Shown here piece by piece: positions 42,826-56,334 of a stretch of 64,000 nt of DNA. Numbering within the stretch: the first letter of the stretch is position 1; every line of letters starts with the position of its first letter. A program made the translations under genes and the position numbers. The stretch is from the NCBI GenBank assembly GCA_054600435.1, contig BAAIJX010000004.1, positions 682,001-746,000 on the forward strand. The letters run 5' to 3'. The notes under the pieces are model-generated. The model was not told where the DNA came from. It made no database searches and saw only the letters and a list, made by a program, of their open reading frames with translations. Source of the stretch: Neophaeotheca triangularis. Its lineage: Eukaryota.

Positions 42826-44867
42826 CTATGCATGACCATGATCCTCCTCGTCGTCGTAAGCGTCAACGTGATATTTGGCGAATTTCCTGGCTGGAATTTT
42901 CTTGATGAACATGATGTCCAGTTCCTCAAACGTCCTGCCGCGGGTCTCAGTGAGGCGGAAGAAAGTCCAGATAGTTGTTGCGGCGGCAAACGCGAACCAG
43001 AAGTATCCCGTCTTCCCTTGGAGGTCTAGGTTGGTTGGGTTGATGAGCTGAGGTCTTGAAATTGGTCAGCAAAAGAGAAGCACCGGGGGAGGGGTCTTGA
43101 TGAAACTTACTGGACAACCCGGGCGATTAGATTGAGGACGTAGTAGGAGTTGCGTGCTAGCACCTGTTGCCGTCGCATTAGCTCTGACCATAGCCCTGGT
43201 TTCCCCTCGAATACTCACCATGGACTTGCTTCGTAGGCGGGTTGAAGAGACTTCGACTGGGATAGTCCAGCCAATTGGTCCAATACTGAGGGAATAGATT
43301 AAGAGCCACACAATGCAAAGGACTGCCTGGCCCCACACCGCGCCTCCAGAGCTGCCATACTCTAGGCATCCGATGATGAACAGGACAATGGAGAGCATAA
43401 AAGCACCAGTCATGTAGATTGTCCGGCGGCCGAAGTTGCCGATCAAGATCCATGCGACTATGGTACCGACACTAGATGGTGTTAGTATCCTCTCATGCTG
43501 CATGCAAGAGTTCGGCGGAATACGTACAAAGCAATAGCGGTGCCTCCAAGGTTGAGTCCATAAGTTTCCTCCGAAGCCAGCCCGATCTGGTCGTAGAAGA
43601 ATGTCCCAGAGTAGGCAAATTCGCTTCCAACGAGGACCTGCGCTGCCATGGCCATGCACGCAATCTCGGTTCTCCGAAGGTTGACACCCTTGAAGCAGTC
43701 CCAGTAGCTCGTGCCGGCTTCGACTTCCATTTCTATCTCGTTGGTTCGGGTCATCATAGCCACGGTCTGGTGGGCCTTCTCTCGTTGCTCTCCAGAAGTC
43801 GTCCTCTTCAGCACTGCCTCGGCCTCTTCGAATTTGTTCGCGCGAATTAGCCACCACGGAGACTCAGGCATGAAGTAAGCTCCAATAAGCAATGGTGGGA
43901 TGTAGATCCATTGCAAGGCGAAAGGCAGCCGCCAGGACCAGTTTCCAGGCATGTCTAAAGTACCTCGGAGCACGCCGGCACTAACAAACTGCCCTATGGC
44001 GAAGCACCTGGTACGATGTCAGCATGCATGTTCACGACTCAAATCAGTGACAACGGACATGTTGGTATAAGACGTCAGGTAAGGGCGAAGTTGCAGAGGC
44101 AGGATTTCCGAGGCGTAGGCTGGTCCAAGGGTGGCGAAGATGCCCCATGGAAGACTGAACGACTGTTAGTGAACGGTCCTTTTCGAAAGACGACGTCCGA
44201 TAAAGCTCACCCGCAGAGCGTCTGACCGACGACTTGCAACTCGACGGTCATACCAAAAACGGAGATGAAGACAAAAGCCGTCATCATGATCAGACCAATG
44301 ATAAACATCCATCTGAAACCAAGTCGCTTGACCAGGTACCCGTTGAACAGTGCCTGCAAAGGTCAGCACAGCACGATCCGCTACGGGGAAAGCCATGACT
44401 TACTCCGACGAAGCATCCTGCCATACTGCCAGCGCCCAGTGCTGTTTGCCATTGTCCCGTCAAAGTCCATTCTCCATCGATTTGTTCGCCGAAGGTTTCT
44501 CGGTAGCGAGGGTATGCGTAGCTGGAAAGTGTTAGAGTCGTCCCATACTTGTATATTCCCTCCTCATGTAGTCAGGCGAAACTGACAGATTGCTGATCAA
44601 GTTGGTGTCGTAACCCTCCATAATGATCGAAAAAGAAACCAGCAGCGACCAAAATACCGCGCTACGGTACATGCTCAGAGCCTGCTTCAAAGTCATGTCG
44701 TGCTCCGCCTGGTTGGCTGCTTGCGCATCGAGCCGGGCGCTTTTGCTCGTTGTTGGGTCGATGGACATGTCGGCCTCCTTGTTGGGCAAGGAGCTAGAGT
44801 CCTTGCTGAGTCTATGCTCATCGTGCTGAGTCTGCTCGGGGATGGCTTTGTTGTCCGCCATGGTCAT
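42826..44867 (-). CDS. MFS sugar porter, maltose/alpha-glucoside permease-like (multi-exon)
   Basis: Motifs AVFWSLLVSFSIIMEGYD, GLPWGIF...AYASEILP..LRPYLTSY, WRLPFALQW, PESPWWL, GRRTIY, EVSSTRLRSK and RLTETRGRTFEELD. About 7 GT-AG introns join in frame, and the stop TAG is at 42828-42826. Confidence 0.9.
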
Positions 44868-45310
44868 ATGCGTTCTATTTGTAGTACAGAAGGTCAGATC
44901 GTTAGGTGAGAAACGAAAGTTCGAGGTCGAGAGGATAGCAGGGAAGCTCCAGATATATCAAGACCCTGCCAACAACGACGCCGCTCGGTCCCTATGCCTT
45001 GATCAACCGACGCATTTATCCGTGAGTAGGGCAATAGGTTGTAATAGTTGGCTGAAGAAGTAGGATATGTGGATCAGCACCCCAGACTAGTAAACTCCAT
45101 TCCCCGGGGGCTCTCCACCTCGCACGCTTTGACCCGAGGCACCATGCGAAGTCTCCTCACCGTTGGCGAAATCAACCGTTGGTCTAAAGTAAAGTTACGG
45201 ATCATGTGCTTTGACACGCGAGTTCTCCACTTGCGGTATCGAGTAAACCGCAGTGCGGCTCCGAATCGACTGCTTGGCCGAAGCCCGAAAGTCGGGAAGC
45301 GACTCGGATG

Positions 45311-45325
45311 CGGCTTTCAGTGCGG
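45311..45325. promoter_or_regulatory. CGG-N9-CGG direct repeat, candidate Zn2Cys6 binding site in the permease promoter
   Basis: GCGGCTTT occurs twice with 12-bp spacing, about 450 bp upstream of the permease ATG. Confidence 0.3.
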
Positions 45326-45454
45326 CTTTGAACGGACGACATTGGCTATAAACTCCTGTGGGAATTAAATATGAGCCTTACCCGGTGCAAGAAAGGCTTC
45401 CAGATCTTGCCGTTGCCTTGATTGCCGCCACCAAACGCCCCAATAGCTTGATTT

Positions 45455-47355
45455 TTAGGCGAAGTTCGCCGCAAACCAGGCCTGAAGGGAGGATTCAGAA
45501 GATGCACTAGAGCTTGAAGTCGCTAGCTGTAACGTCTCGGCTGCTGTAGGCTCCAAGCTCACCGTCAAGTCCGTTTCGCACGTCTCCAAAAATTTATCCC
45601 CAACTTTCACGCCATACGTTTGAAGGAATCGAAGCATCCACGTGTCGAAGCGAAAGCTACGCTCGATTGACATCAGGCACGCTCGGTGGAATGTTTTGAG
45701 CCGAATAAGCGAATTGTCGAGGATCTTCCAGTAAACTTGCATCTCGGTCAGCTTGGCGAAATTGGTCTCCAAGCGGTTTCGTGCGATCCTTGTCGTATCA
45801 CTTTCGGGATCATCGAATAAAATTTGATGCATGTGTACTGTGCTGGTGACCATGATCAAATGACCCAACATGGTGAAATGAGCCTCGTTGCCGCCCGTGA
45901 TCTCATCGCACGCTTGGAGCATATCGCCAAAAGCAATGGCATGTTGTTTGCATCGCCAAGCATAGCCTTTGGCCCGAAGAATTTGCTCGTGGGTGCCTGA
46001 GTGAGAACCCTCGCTGGCGATTACCAAGAACTGGTACAGTAAGACTTGATTGTAGTAGTGGTGGCCCATGTGCAATGCCGAGAAGCAAGCACCAAGTCCA
46101 ATAGCTGCGTAATGCTCCAGATTCTCCATGGTCTCTCTCAGGTGATTTGGCAGCTGTTGCGACCAAGTATCGAGTGTCAGGATCAATGAATCGACGGCAG
46201 AGTAGAGCTGCTCGATGTCTAATCCATTGTGTATCACGGTCTCGTTGAGCTCCATGATGTCGGACTTCATCAAGTCAATGGAGGTTCAAAAATTCACAAG
46301 TATCATGTTTGATAACTCACCCAAATCTTGGCAAGCCGCGCCATTTCTCCCCAGATACCAATCGGAGGGGTTGGGAAAGGAAGTTTCGATACGAGCGGGC
46401 TCTGCAAGAAGTATGTCTCCTCCGAGGGTAAAGGATAACACTCGTATTTCATCTGAGTCGGGATCCCGGCTCCTTTGGCGTTCCACAGATCTATCATGTA
46501 CAAAGACCACCAGACTTCGGGAACAGTCAGCACAGCAATACTCAAGGCTCCCGCTGAAGCTTCGCACGTACCTCGCAGATTGACCTGGCGTTCAATCTCG
46601 TTCGCGCATTCTCGGGTAGGCAGCCTGAGTATGAGGGCCATCCGGTTGGCATTGGAGAGAAACACTGCTTCTTCCTCCATGTTACCCTCGCTGAGAGATA
46701 TCGTCCCCAAGAGTATGCAAGCTTGAATGGTAGAGATTGAGAGATCTCGCAGATCGAGAGACTTGAATGCCTTTTCCGCATATTCCGCGCCTTGCTTTCG
46801 TCGACTAGAATCCTCGGGGTTGACTAGATGAGAAAACCTGCACCGGTCTTCAGCAACGGAATTGGGCGATGAGATGGGTTCACGAATTGCGTACCTTGCA
46901 CCCAAAGCGCACATAGAATACAATATTACATCTGACACTTGCCCCGTCTCCACAGCCTCTTCAAGAGAAGGCCGGTGGAAGATGGAGTGATGCTTGTCGT
47001 GGATCACCCGAAAGTAGCATTGCACCATATCCCGAACGACGCAGGCGTCGAACGTAGGCTCTGATTGTGGAGGACTATCATCGTACGGAGGGGTTGGCTG
47101 GCCGAACGGTGCGTAAGGCCTCAAGTTATCTGAATTGTTGGGTTCGTGAGAACGTTTCGAGGCAGAGGCAGATCGACTGAAGCTACATGAAATGTGCAGC
47201 GCCTGGCATCGTACACAGGCGCTTTCGTCGCCCTCTTGCCGGCATTTACGTTTGCCCTCACTTCACAAGTGTCAGTAGAGGGCATCGCTGGCAGCGGATG
47301 TATATCCGAACATCTTGACGTACCGGCAGGATAGGCAGGCACTGGCGGGCCGCAT
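45455..47355 (-). CDS. Zn(II)2Cys6 transcription factor with fungal-specific TF middle domain (5 exons)
   Basis: The spliced N-terminus MRPASACLSCR/EGKRKCRQEGDESACVRCQALHISC has six Cys. Also YFRVIHDKHHSIFHRPS, TIQACILLG and RVWWSLYMID. Introns at 47323-47261, about 46893-46838, 46571-46515 and 46320-46265. Confidence 0.9.
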
Positions 47356-50300
47356 TTCTGGCTAGAATGATAACGTTTCACATGTTGCGGAATTGAAAAG
47401 AGTCAAAGCCGCAAGGCCTTACTTAAGAACTCACCGTGTGCCAGCAATAATAATGGCCGGAGATGCGTACCAGGCAGCCAGGTCATGCTCCCGGTCCGCT
47501 CGCTCTCTCCACGATTCCGGTCAATAACTGCTTGTCGGCGGGGGCATCCTCGTAGCAGTCTGGCAATGATTTTCAGGTCATTTTCATGGGTCCAGCAGTG
47601 GCATTACTACTACTACTGTGGAGGGCTGTCGGATCATGAGATGAAGTCCACTCGGGCCATCCCCTTGTGCTAGCTCGAGAACTGCCAAGCTTTATTTTCC
47701 ACCAATCCAAACCTTTCAAAGCCGCCCCATCCCCGGACTTCCCCTCTCCTCTCCAACGATGGCCTCCAAGCTCTCCTTTTAATATTCGAGGTAGCTGCCC
47801 CTACTGTACGGACTAGAAGTACCCCTCACGAGTTCACCTTTGCCTTTAGAGCGCCACAGTCGATACCTCTTCCACGTGGTCCGCGTCGACGCACAGCACT
47901 TTCTCCTGCGAGGAACATGGTGGCCATCAAAGCCCTCTACCTGTCTGGCTCCTTCTCATCGCCTTCAAGGCAATCAATTAGCGGTATCATCTCGCTCCAC
48001 CGTTCAGAAGTGAGATCCGACGGCGAGCCCCAGTTCTTGTCAACCCCACCGTGAGACCGCAGTACGGCAACACTACCTATCGAATTACTCTTCAACGCGA
48101 GCACCTTGGGAGAAAAGGAGCCAAATGCGAGTAAACGGAGCGCGCGAACATGCCATTCTATCACGAGACAGCATGGCAACGCTAGCACAAGCGATCTTTA
48201 TAGAGGGTTGTGAGGATCGTGATGCGAGAAGAACGCAACCCGTGTCTTATCAATCAGTGCAGTCTCAGTGTCCAAAATACAAGGAACGAGTCATCGCCCT
48301 CTCCCAAAAGGCCGCCATCGCCGACCTATGGCTACCTCGATAGGCAAGTACTATGCAATAGGCTGGTTCCTGGTCTTGCGCTCTCTTTTTTCCAGGAAAT
48401 GGGGTCTCCCAATAATTCTCCACAATCACATGTTGCTTCAGCCTTACGACCACAGCGCAGCAAAGTTCTCCAGTACTTTCTGTTGGTCTCATGTCCTTGA
48501 CAAGCTACTAATTGCAGGGCTCTGGCGCTAGAAACAACGTTAATACCGACATGCTCGCTACGCAGCTCAGCCCAGGTATTGAGGAAGAGAGAGGCCATAA
48601 GCACACCAACACGCTGTTTTGACTGTGATTTCCGAATAACGGCAGCACAAAGCCATCTCTCGGAGATGCTGGCAGACAATGTTCTACTTTCTGTCTATGC
48701 CAGCAAGTATCGCTTCTGCTTCGCATGATCAGAGCGCCTCTCAAGGAACATCTGCCTACGTATGTACCTACGGTGGCGAAAGGCCACAGCGACGCTCGGC
48801 ACACACAGACTTCACATCTCGAAGTTGCCATCATCACGTCAGAAACAAGACTACCCTCTCTCGAATCGCGAAAATTGCTAGTGTACAGCAGGCCAAATCC
48901 TTGAGGATTTGAGTCGCAAGCCGCATTTTGCGAGTCCGGCCCAGGGGACGAGATTTGCCTGTTTCGAACACCAGGTTCAGTCTGCAGTGGACGAGCCAAG
49001 CGGCTTTGACGATTCCACTGCCACCAAAAAATCGACAACAGCATTTGGAAAACAGTGTTAATGGGCTGCTAATATCCTTGAGGGTCTTTAGAGGGCGTGA
49101 CATGTATCTTTTTGTAGACGGGCCAATGGGAGCGTCGTGACCGATGCCTTGACATCCTCCTCTATATAGAACTCCTGCAGGACGACAAGTATGCTAAGTG
49201 CTCGAAACAAGCGCAGATCATCAGTCAGGAAGGGAGACGGTATTTGCCAGCTAGATAGGACAGCGAGCACGCTTTGTCCTCTCCCGCAAACACCAATGAC
49301 CACCGCTTGTGGCTGGCGACTGCCGACTTTGGCAGCAAATAATGCTACGTCTTGACCTGCCGACGCCAATCACTGTGGCGAGCGTCCTTGACTGCGAGTT
49401 CCGTATGGGCTCAAACTTGCTGTGGAATTTGCAGACTTCTTATTCCAGCACACACGGATACTGGCGAGACCTTGGTAACTAAAGCAACAAGAAAGCAGCC
49501 GCGGTGTTTCAGACGTCGTCCAATGGCGCTTGATGCACATGTCAGCTAAAATCCATCACTCCATCATCATTATTATTGTATGCAGCTTTGGCGAATCCTC
49601 CGCGTGCCTCTTGTGCAGAACTTAGAAGTGCTTGCATGCCAAGATGTTCGGCTATCAAGGGAACGGGAGGCAGGGGAGGGGTAAGACTCCGTCCGGAATC
49701 CAAGTTTTTCGGGTTCTACTCGACGAAGAAAAAAAAAAAACCACGCAACATTTAACACGCCACTCGTGTGACACAGCACGTCATATTGATGATAGCACCG
49801 TAATTATTGCGACGCCCGTTTTGTGATGGCAAAAATAAGGAAGAAGCCCCGAACGCATCAACGCATCAACGCATCAACGCATCAACATTATTCAAGGCAC
49901 CTCAAAGTCCACGGTAAGAGGATGGCGGCCTTCCGCCTTGACGGCCTCTCCGTGGGGTGTTCCCACAACGAATCTCGACCCTGCTCGCCGACTCCTCGGT
50001 TTGCAGAACGAACCACATGGCCATGTCAGAGTTCCTAGTCTCACTGGAAAAAGGCCGCGGCCCAGTTTAAAAAGCGCCACCAGCCGAATAGACGGCATCG
50101 ATGTGTTAAGCCAAGCCATTGTGTGCTGGCTTGGCAGCGTATGCGAGGGCGAGCTCACCACTACTACTAGTACCTCCTAGACTGTACCGCGTGAATGACC
50201 TTGGACCTGATCGCAGTTGGCCGTCCAAGCCTTCCTTTTTCGATCACCTCCCCTTTGATCTCGCGATTGCGCAGCGTTACTGATAAGACCAACACCGCAA

Positions 50301-50449
50301 TCCATGCTACCTTACAACCGCAACAACTTACCTGAACCATAAAAGGCCCCGAGCCTCTGTCGTTGTCGATTACACGACAGTCAAGAAAACCCTCGAGTCG
50401 CAGATTTTATTTATCTGCCAAAAAGCCGGATCGAAAAAGAGCCGCAACC

Positions 50450-53308
50450 ATGGATTTTGGAAAGAAGGTCATCGGCTGGTTGAAGCCGGCGGAAAAGAAG
50501 AGCGACGATGGACGTGATCAATGGCCATCAAGGACAGCGTTCTTGCTCGCCTCTGTAGGAGGCGCAGTGGTTAGTCTCTACCCGCCTGTTGCCGCATGAA
50601 GTTTTGAGCTGGCGCCGGACAAGCCTCGACCCTTTGGTGGTTTGCGCAACGATGGCGGCGACACGTTCGTACCATTTGCGATCAACGTGCTTTTGATGAA
50701 GTCACACGACTTGCGCTGTTATTGTCGCCGCGTTCTGTTATCGGAATGCAACTTCAACCAAACCCGCTCGCCACATCCAACGCGATCGCGCCAGCTCACG
50801 ATTTTAAGACCCTGCGCGTATGATCACTGACAATGTACTGTATGTAGGGCCAAGGAAACATCATTCGATACCCTTCGCAGGTGTTCAATAACATTGGGTT
50901 GCAATGGTTTGTTCCCTACCTGATTGCAATTTTCATCTTGGCTATTCCATGTCTTATCTTGGAAGTCTCCATTGGACAGGCGAACAGGCAAGTACCTTGA
51001 ACTTTGGCTCCTACTGGGATATGTCTAATTCTCTCGCAGAGGTGGAACCGTTGTTGCCTTCAATGCTGTCAACCGCAGGATGAAGGGTGTCGGAGCCGCT
51101 TCCCTACTTGTCAGCGCTACGGTCGTGGTCTACTTCGCCATCATTCTCGTCTGGATCGCAAAGTTCTTCCGCCACTCATTCACCAGCCCTCTGCCGTGGA
51201 CCGGACGGACCGAAGAATTCTACAACGAACAAGTGCTCGCAAACCCGGATCCGATCCCGGGCGAATTTGGCACCTACCCAGACGGCTCTACCAATTACAA
51301 TGAGCTCATCAGCTACGTCCAATACCCTGCGCTCGGCATGATTGGTGAGACTGTGGGATGGTCTGCCTTCATCTGGTTCTGTGTTTGGGCTTGCATGTGT
51401 GGTGGCGTCGGTGTAACTGGCCGCGCTGTCTACTTCACAATGGCCCTACCCATCGTCATGGTCATCATTATCCTCGGTCGATCGGTTTCCCTTGATAACG
51501 CCTCCGAAGGCATCAAACTGTACTTCGCCACCTGGTACAGCGACAAGTTGGCCGACGGCCAGATCTGGCAAACAGCCTGTGGGCAAGTCTTCTTTTCTAC
51601 CGGTGTTGGTTTTGGATACTACATCTCGTACGCTTCCTACAACACCAAGTACGCCAACGCCGTGCAAGACGCTTTCATTCTGGTCTGCAGCAACTGCTTG
51701 TTCGAGACTGTGGCTGCTTTTGCCGTCTTTGGAGTCGTCGGATATCTAGGCATCAACCCGGACAACACAGAACGTAAGGCATTCCCCACGCACTGCTGCT
51801 GAGACTCTGGCTAATCATCACTTTTAGGTCTTGGAGCCTTCGAAATCGGGTTTTTGACTTTCCCCGCGGCACTTGTCGCGATGCCAGGTGAGTCAAGTAT
51901 TGCATAACAGCAAACCCTTGCACGACTGACAGATCCCCAGGCGCCAACTTCTGGTCTGTACTGTTCTTTCTCACCCTCCTGCTGCTCGGCATCAGCAGTA
52001 CCTACCCCATGCTCGACGTCATCTGCACTGGCATCATGGACCGCTGGGGCTACAAGTTTTCGAGGATCTGGGTCGCGACGGCTTTGGTTATAGGTATGAA
52101 CAACATCGGTATTGTCCGTGTGAGCTAAGCTAAACGCTCCGCAGCCGCATTCCTCATTTCGCTCATGTACTCTTGCGAAGCTGGGTTGGTAAACCCATAT
52201 AACCCCCCCACCCCTCAACCCAGCTAACTCGGAATCGCGCAGCTACTACATTTTAGACGGTATAGACAGGGTACGTACCGCTCATTCATGCTCTTTTTGC
52301 ACCTTTTCCTGACGAAGAATCTAGTGGATCAACAACCTGACGCTTGTTTTCGTCGTCTGGAGCGAAGTTTCGATTTCTACCTCGGTTTATCGCTGGAGAG
52401 ACGTTTTCTCTGAAGTCGGACAGGTGAGTTTTACACAGATTGTGGGTTCAATAGAGCGGATCGGCTAACAGGAGGTAGCCCGCTTACTGGATCTACAACC
52501 TGGGATACTTCGGCGGCCAATTGTGCGGTGTCGGCGTGGCCCACGCAGTCACCCCCTGGGCAGGGGCCGCCATGGGCTTCGGTCTGTACTTCGTCTGTGC
52601 TGCCATTGCACTCGTCGTGGCGAGAACTCCTTTCGGCCGTCAAGGAGTGCCTAAGATGTTTGCCAGGAGCGCCCTTCTGACCAAACTTTACTACCTGGCT
52701 TTTTACTCGGTAATTTACCCCTGGAATTTACCTCAGGAATGAATTCTTCGATCATCTGGACCTTCTTTGCTAACCGAAGCCTCAGGGCAACCAACTACGC
52801 CGTGACCTGAACGTAATCGTCGGTTCCGGCAAGAATTGGACGATTCCGGCCCGTAAGTGGCTCTGGGCCGTAGCATTTCGATGAAGCTAACAAGCGCTAG
52901 TGTGGGGCCCCCTACTACGATACATTTCATCGCCAATCTTGGTGATCGTAACAAGTTTCGCTTAGTTTGTGCTATCCTATCTCATGCTGCTACTACAGGG
53001 CTAACCATGAGCACAGTCCCGAATTTTACACCCTCCGGAACGACCCTCCTTACATTGTTGGATTCATCATTGCCCACTTCGTGATGCTTGTGGCCCTTCT
53101 GGGCATTGTGATTCCCCGCTACCTGGACGTCTTCGTGCCCTACGAAAGGAGGAACGACGGAATCAAGCCCACCATGCCCGGCGTCACCCTTGGAATCCTG
53201 GAAGCAGAAAACGACGCCACTATGGAGACTGGAAGCGGAAGCGGACACGCCAGCGACTCTGACCGAATCGCGAGCGAGAAGCCCCCGACTTACGAAGCGG
53301 CAAAGTGA
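50450..53308 (+). CDS. Sodium:neurotransmitter symporter family (NSS/SLC6) transporter, 12 exons
   Basis: Motifs RDQWPSRTAFLLASVGGAV/GQGNIIRYP, LEVSIGQ, IWQTACGQVFFSTGVGFG and YASYN. Eleven introns reconstruct an open frame to TGA at 53308. Confidence 0.92.
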
Positions 53309-54907
53309 TTGATGATTGACGATGTCCCTTGCGAGCGACGGGAATTTGGAGTGACATGAAAGCCAGAGCGACAGTGACGGATTGGAGAGGTGCTTGTTTT
53401 CCTTGTTTTTGCCACAAGCTGCGCCCTACCACCGAATCCTCGTGTACGAACTGCCATGCGCGCCCCTTTTTTCTCTTTGGCTCGGACACGGATTACATAC
53501 ACCCAGAGCGCCTTTTGTCAATTTGTTTTTGCGCGGGAACGGAAAAGACATAACATTCGCTGTATTGCTTTTTTTCCTGGGAAACTTTTGGACGCCGGGG
53601 TTAGCGTTCATTTGTGTATCAGTGCTTCTGTCACAGGCCTTTGCGGTCTGTACAGTCTACTAGCTTCACCACTTAGGTGGTTTCGAACGTGACATGCCCA
53701 AACCTTTCCAATGGAAACTGACGGTGAGGCTTGGTTGGTTTTGGATATTGCTGACATTCAACCGGTAGAGAGAAGTCAACAGCGTGCGCCCAACTCAACT
53801 TTGAATATCGATGCTGATGGTTGCAGCATTCGCTCGACGGCAAAGCATACCGCAGCTTTTCTATAATCCATGGCAGGGATAGCTCAGAAGCAACACTTCT
53901 ATAAAGCTGAGAGCGCCATAACCCTATCGACATTGCACGAGCTCGACGTCGCAGATCGTTCGCGCTTGATCAGGGCATCTCGGGGCTTCATTATTTGTCA
54001 CTTGGGCGGGTGAATCAGATTGCCCGGTTGAGCGGTCAAGAACCTGCTCTCGCGATTTTCATAATTAAAAACCATCGCAGGAGATTTCTCAAACCAAAAG
54101 CAAAACATTTTCACCATACAAATTGTCCTGCAATCCGCGGCGATTCTCAATGATCACTGGCTTTGGATCCGACAGAGCTATGTGGTTCGAGCCGGATCGA
54201 CGTTTGATGCTTGCAGCACCCAAGAACGATCCAGTTGGCTGATGAGGCTATATTCTCGACAGATAGCAAGAGCTCCTCGGCTGGTGGGAGAGTAATACAA
54301 AGGCTCTGACTTTTTCCATCTCGTAAATACCATTGCTAGCGATGCTTTTCTCGCATTTGTCGCTTAAGAGGGCTCGTCAAAAGAATCTAACTCGCTTAAA
54401 CGCCTGGCAGGCGACTTGCTATTACCTGCTCTTCATCCCGTTAAGACTCGTCTTCAATCTCGTTCAGTTATTGTATAGGTGCTTGGATCCGGACAATTCG
54501 GCTTGCCCATCCTCGCTACGAAAGCTGCTAGTGTTGCCGGGTCTCCGTCTTGCTTCCTTGTTCTTACTTCATGGTACGTTGTTCAAACGATTCCTCGTCT
54601 TCGAGCTACGCCATCGTGAGCCCACACCTCAACCCTAGCATCCCCAAGCGGCGGCGCTTAGAAGCAGTGTCAAGCAACATTTCCCGCCGACACAATCTTT
54701 CGCTCGTCGACGAACGATGCAGTCTCATATCTCGACCAAGTTGAACTCGACTTGTATAATCTCGATTATCCTGGGTGTACACTGACCAAGTTCTAGAAAA
54801 TCCTCATTGCATGAGCCTAATTATCTATATACTACACTTGAGTATCTCGGCTTTTCAGTCCATAATTGCTCTCCGACAATACATCTTCTTCCAAATCCCC
54901 CGTCCCT

Positions 54908-55610
54908 CTAAAGGCGGAGAACAGCACCGTCCTGCAGCAGCGAGTACATGCTCACGATGGCACTTCCAATCATGAGAGACGCACGTCCTGCACAAAGCCA
55001 CCGTCAGCATTCCATCCAGCAAAAACTCCCGGATCAACCCCAACAATCTTCAAGGAACAGGGCAAACTCACCATAATTCAACTTCAACCAACGGTTCTGC
55101 AAATACCTCAACTCCTTCTCACTCTTCTCATCCGACTCATTGGCCTGCAAGTTGGAAGCCAGCGTCGCCATCCTCTTGTTCATGGGAACCATGATGCCCA
55201 AAGCGTACGCGGTCGTGGCCAGGGTCATGGCGAGCGCGGAACCGACGTAGGGAAGCTTCTCGGCGGCCGCGCGGGACGAGTTGCGGTTGAGGTAGCAGCC
55301 GACTGTCAAGGCGAGGTTGGAGAGGGCGCAGGCGGCGTTCAAGGGCGGGAAATAGTGCTCGCTTTTGGAGAGGAGGTAGGCTGTGTAAGTGCCGGAGTGC
55401 ACGGCGGGGACGGAGGGTTGGAGGAGCATGGGCATGATCAGAGGGGATTGGAGGGCGGAGCCACCTGTGAATGGGGAGGGAGGCTTGTCAGTCTCGCTCT
55501 GTTGATGGTGATTTGCAATCACGGCACTACGCACCGAAATTGACTGCCGCGCCCAAGGTCGCAAAGGCCTGGAGAGGCGTCATCCACCAGATGTTGCCTG
55601 TGGATGCCAT
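54908..55610 (-). CDS. Small membrane protein, DUF1772/anthrone oxygenase-like (3 exons)
   Basis: Exons 55610-55535, 55464-55072 and 54987-54908. Four hydrophobic segments, with the TTAYALGIMVPMNKRM...WLKLNYGRA pattern typical of DUF1772. Confidence 0.7.
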
Positions 55611-56334
55611 TGTTGCTGCTGTCTGGGGTGGTGATGGGTGTGGGGAGGGGAAGTTGTGGTCAGACGGGAGGAAGTTGAACAAGAGGAAAAGGAAGAGGGA
55701 GAGAACCTAAGGATGTTGAGCTGTTATCATCACCAAACCTTGGAGTCTAGGTACTAGTTGAGATACTCTGCATGGTTACCATCACTGCCAGATACAGTCT
55801 AGATCGGCTCCGCACAAGCCCGGAGCATGTGAATGGAAGTTGACGGGACGGACAGCCCAGGGCAGCTCACGAGTCACGTCACGCCACTTGCGCAGCTGGG
55901 GTCAGGGTCAGGGTCAGCTGCAGCTCGGACGAATCTCTCCGCAATCTAATCTGATCTAATCTAATCTAACAAATCGCCAACGCCAATACATCTACATGCT
56001 TGCGGAAAAGACCAGATTGCATATACGGGCCACCACGAACAAGCTTTCACGGGCATCGTCATTATCGTCAGTCAGCATTCCACGACACCACCTGCAGCAA
56101 TGCGCCGACCGCTCCCCTTGCTTGCACACACACCCACACACCCACACATACATGTATATGATCAATGTGCTACGCGCAATGCCCGCCGAGCCCTCGCGCT
56201 TCCTTCTGGAACTCATCGGTAGCCTCCCAAGTCGCAGCCCAAGAACCATAACAACCAACACTTCCAGCACTCCCATCTACTCTCGCGACTTCGCTTATAA
56301 AAAAGACCATATCGACGGAAACGTATCATCACCA

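Noticed and set aside
47900..49550. Possible remnant of a glycoside hydrolase completing a MAL cluster
   Set aside because: No GH13/GH31 motifs are recognisable in any frame.
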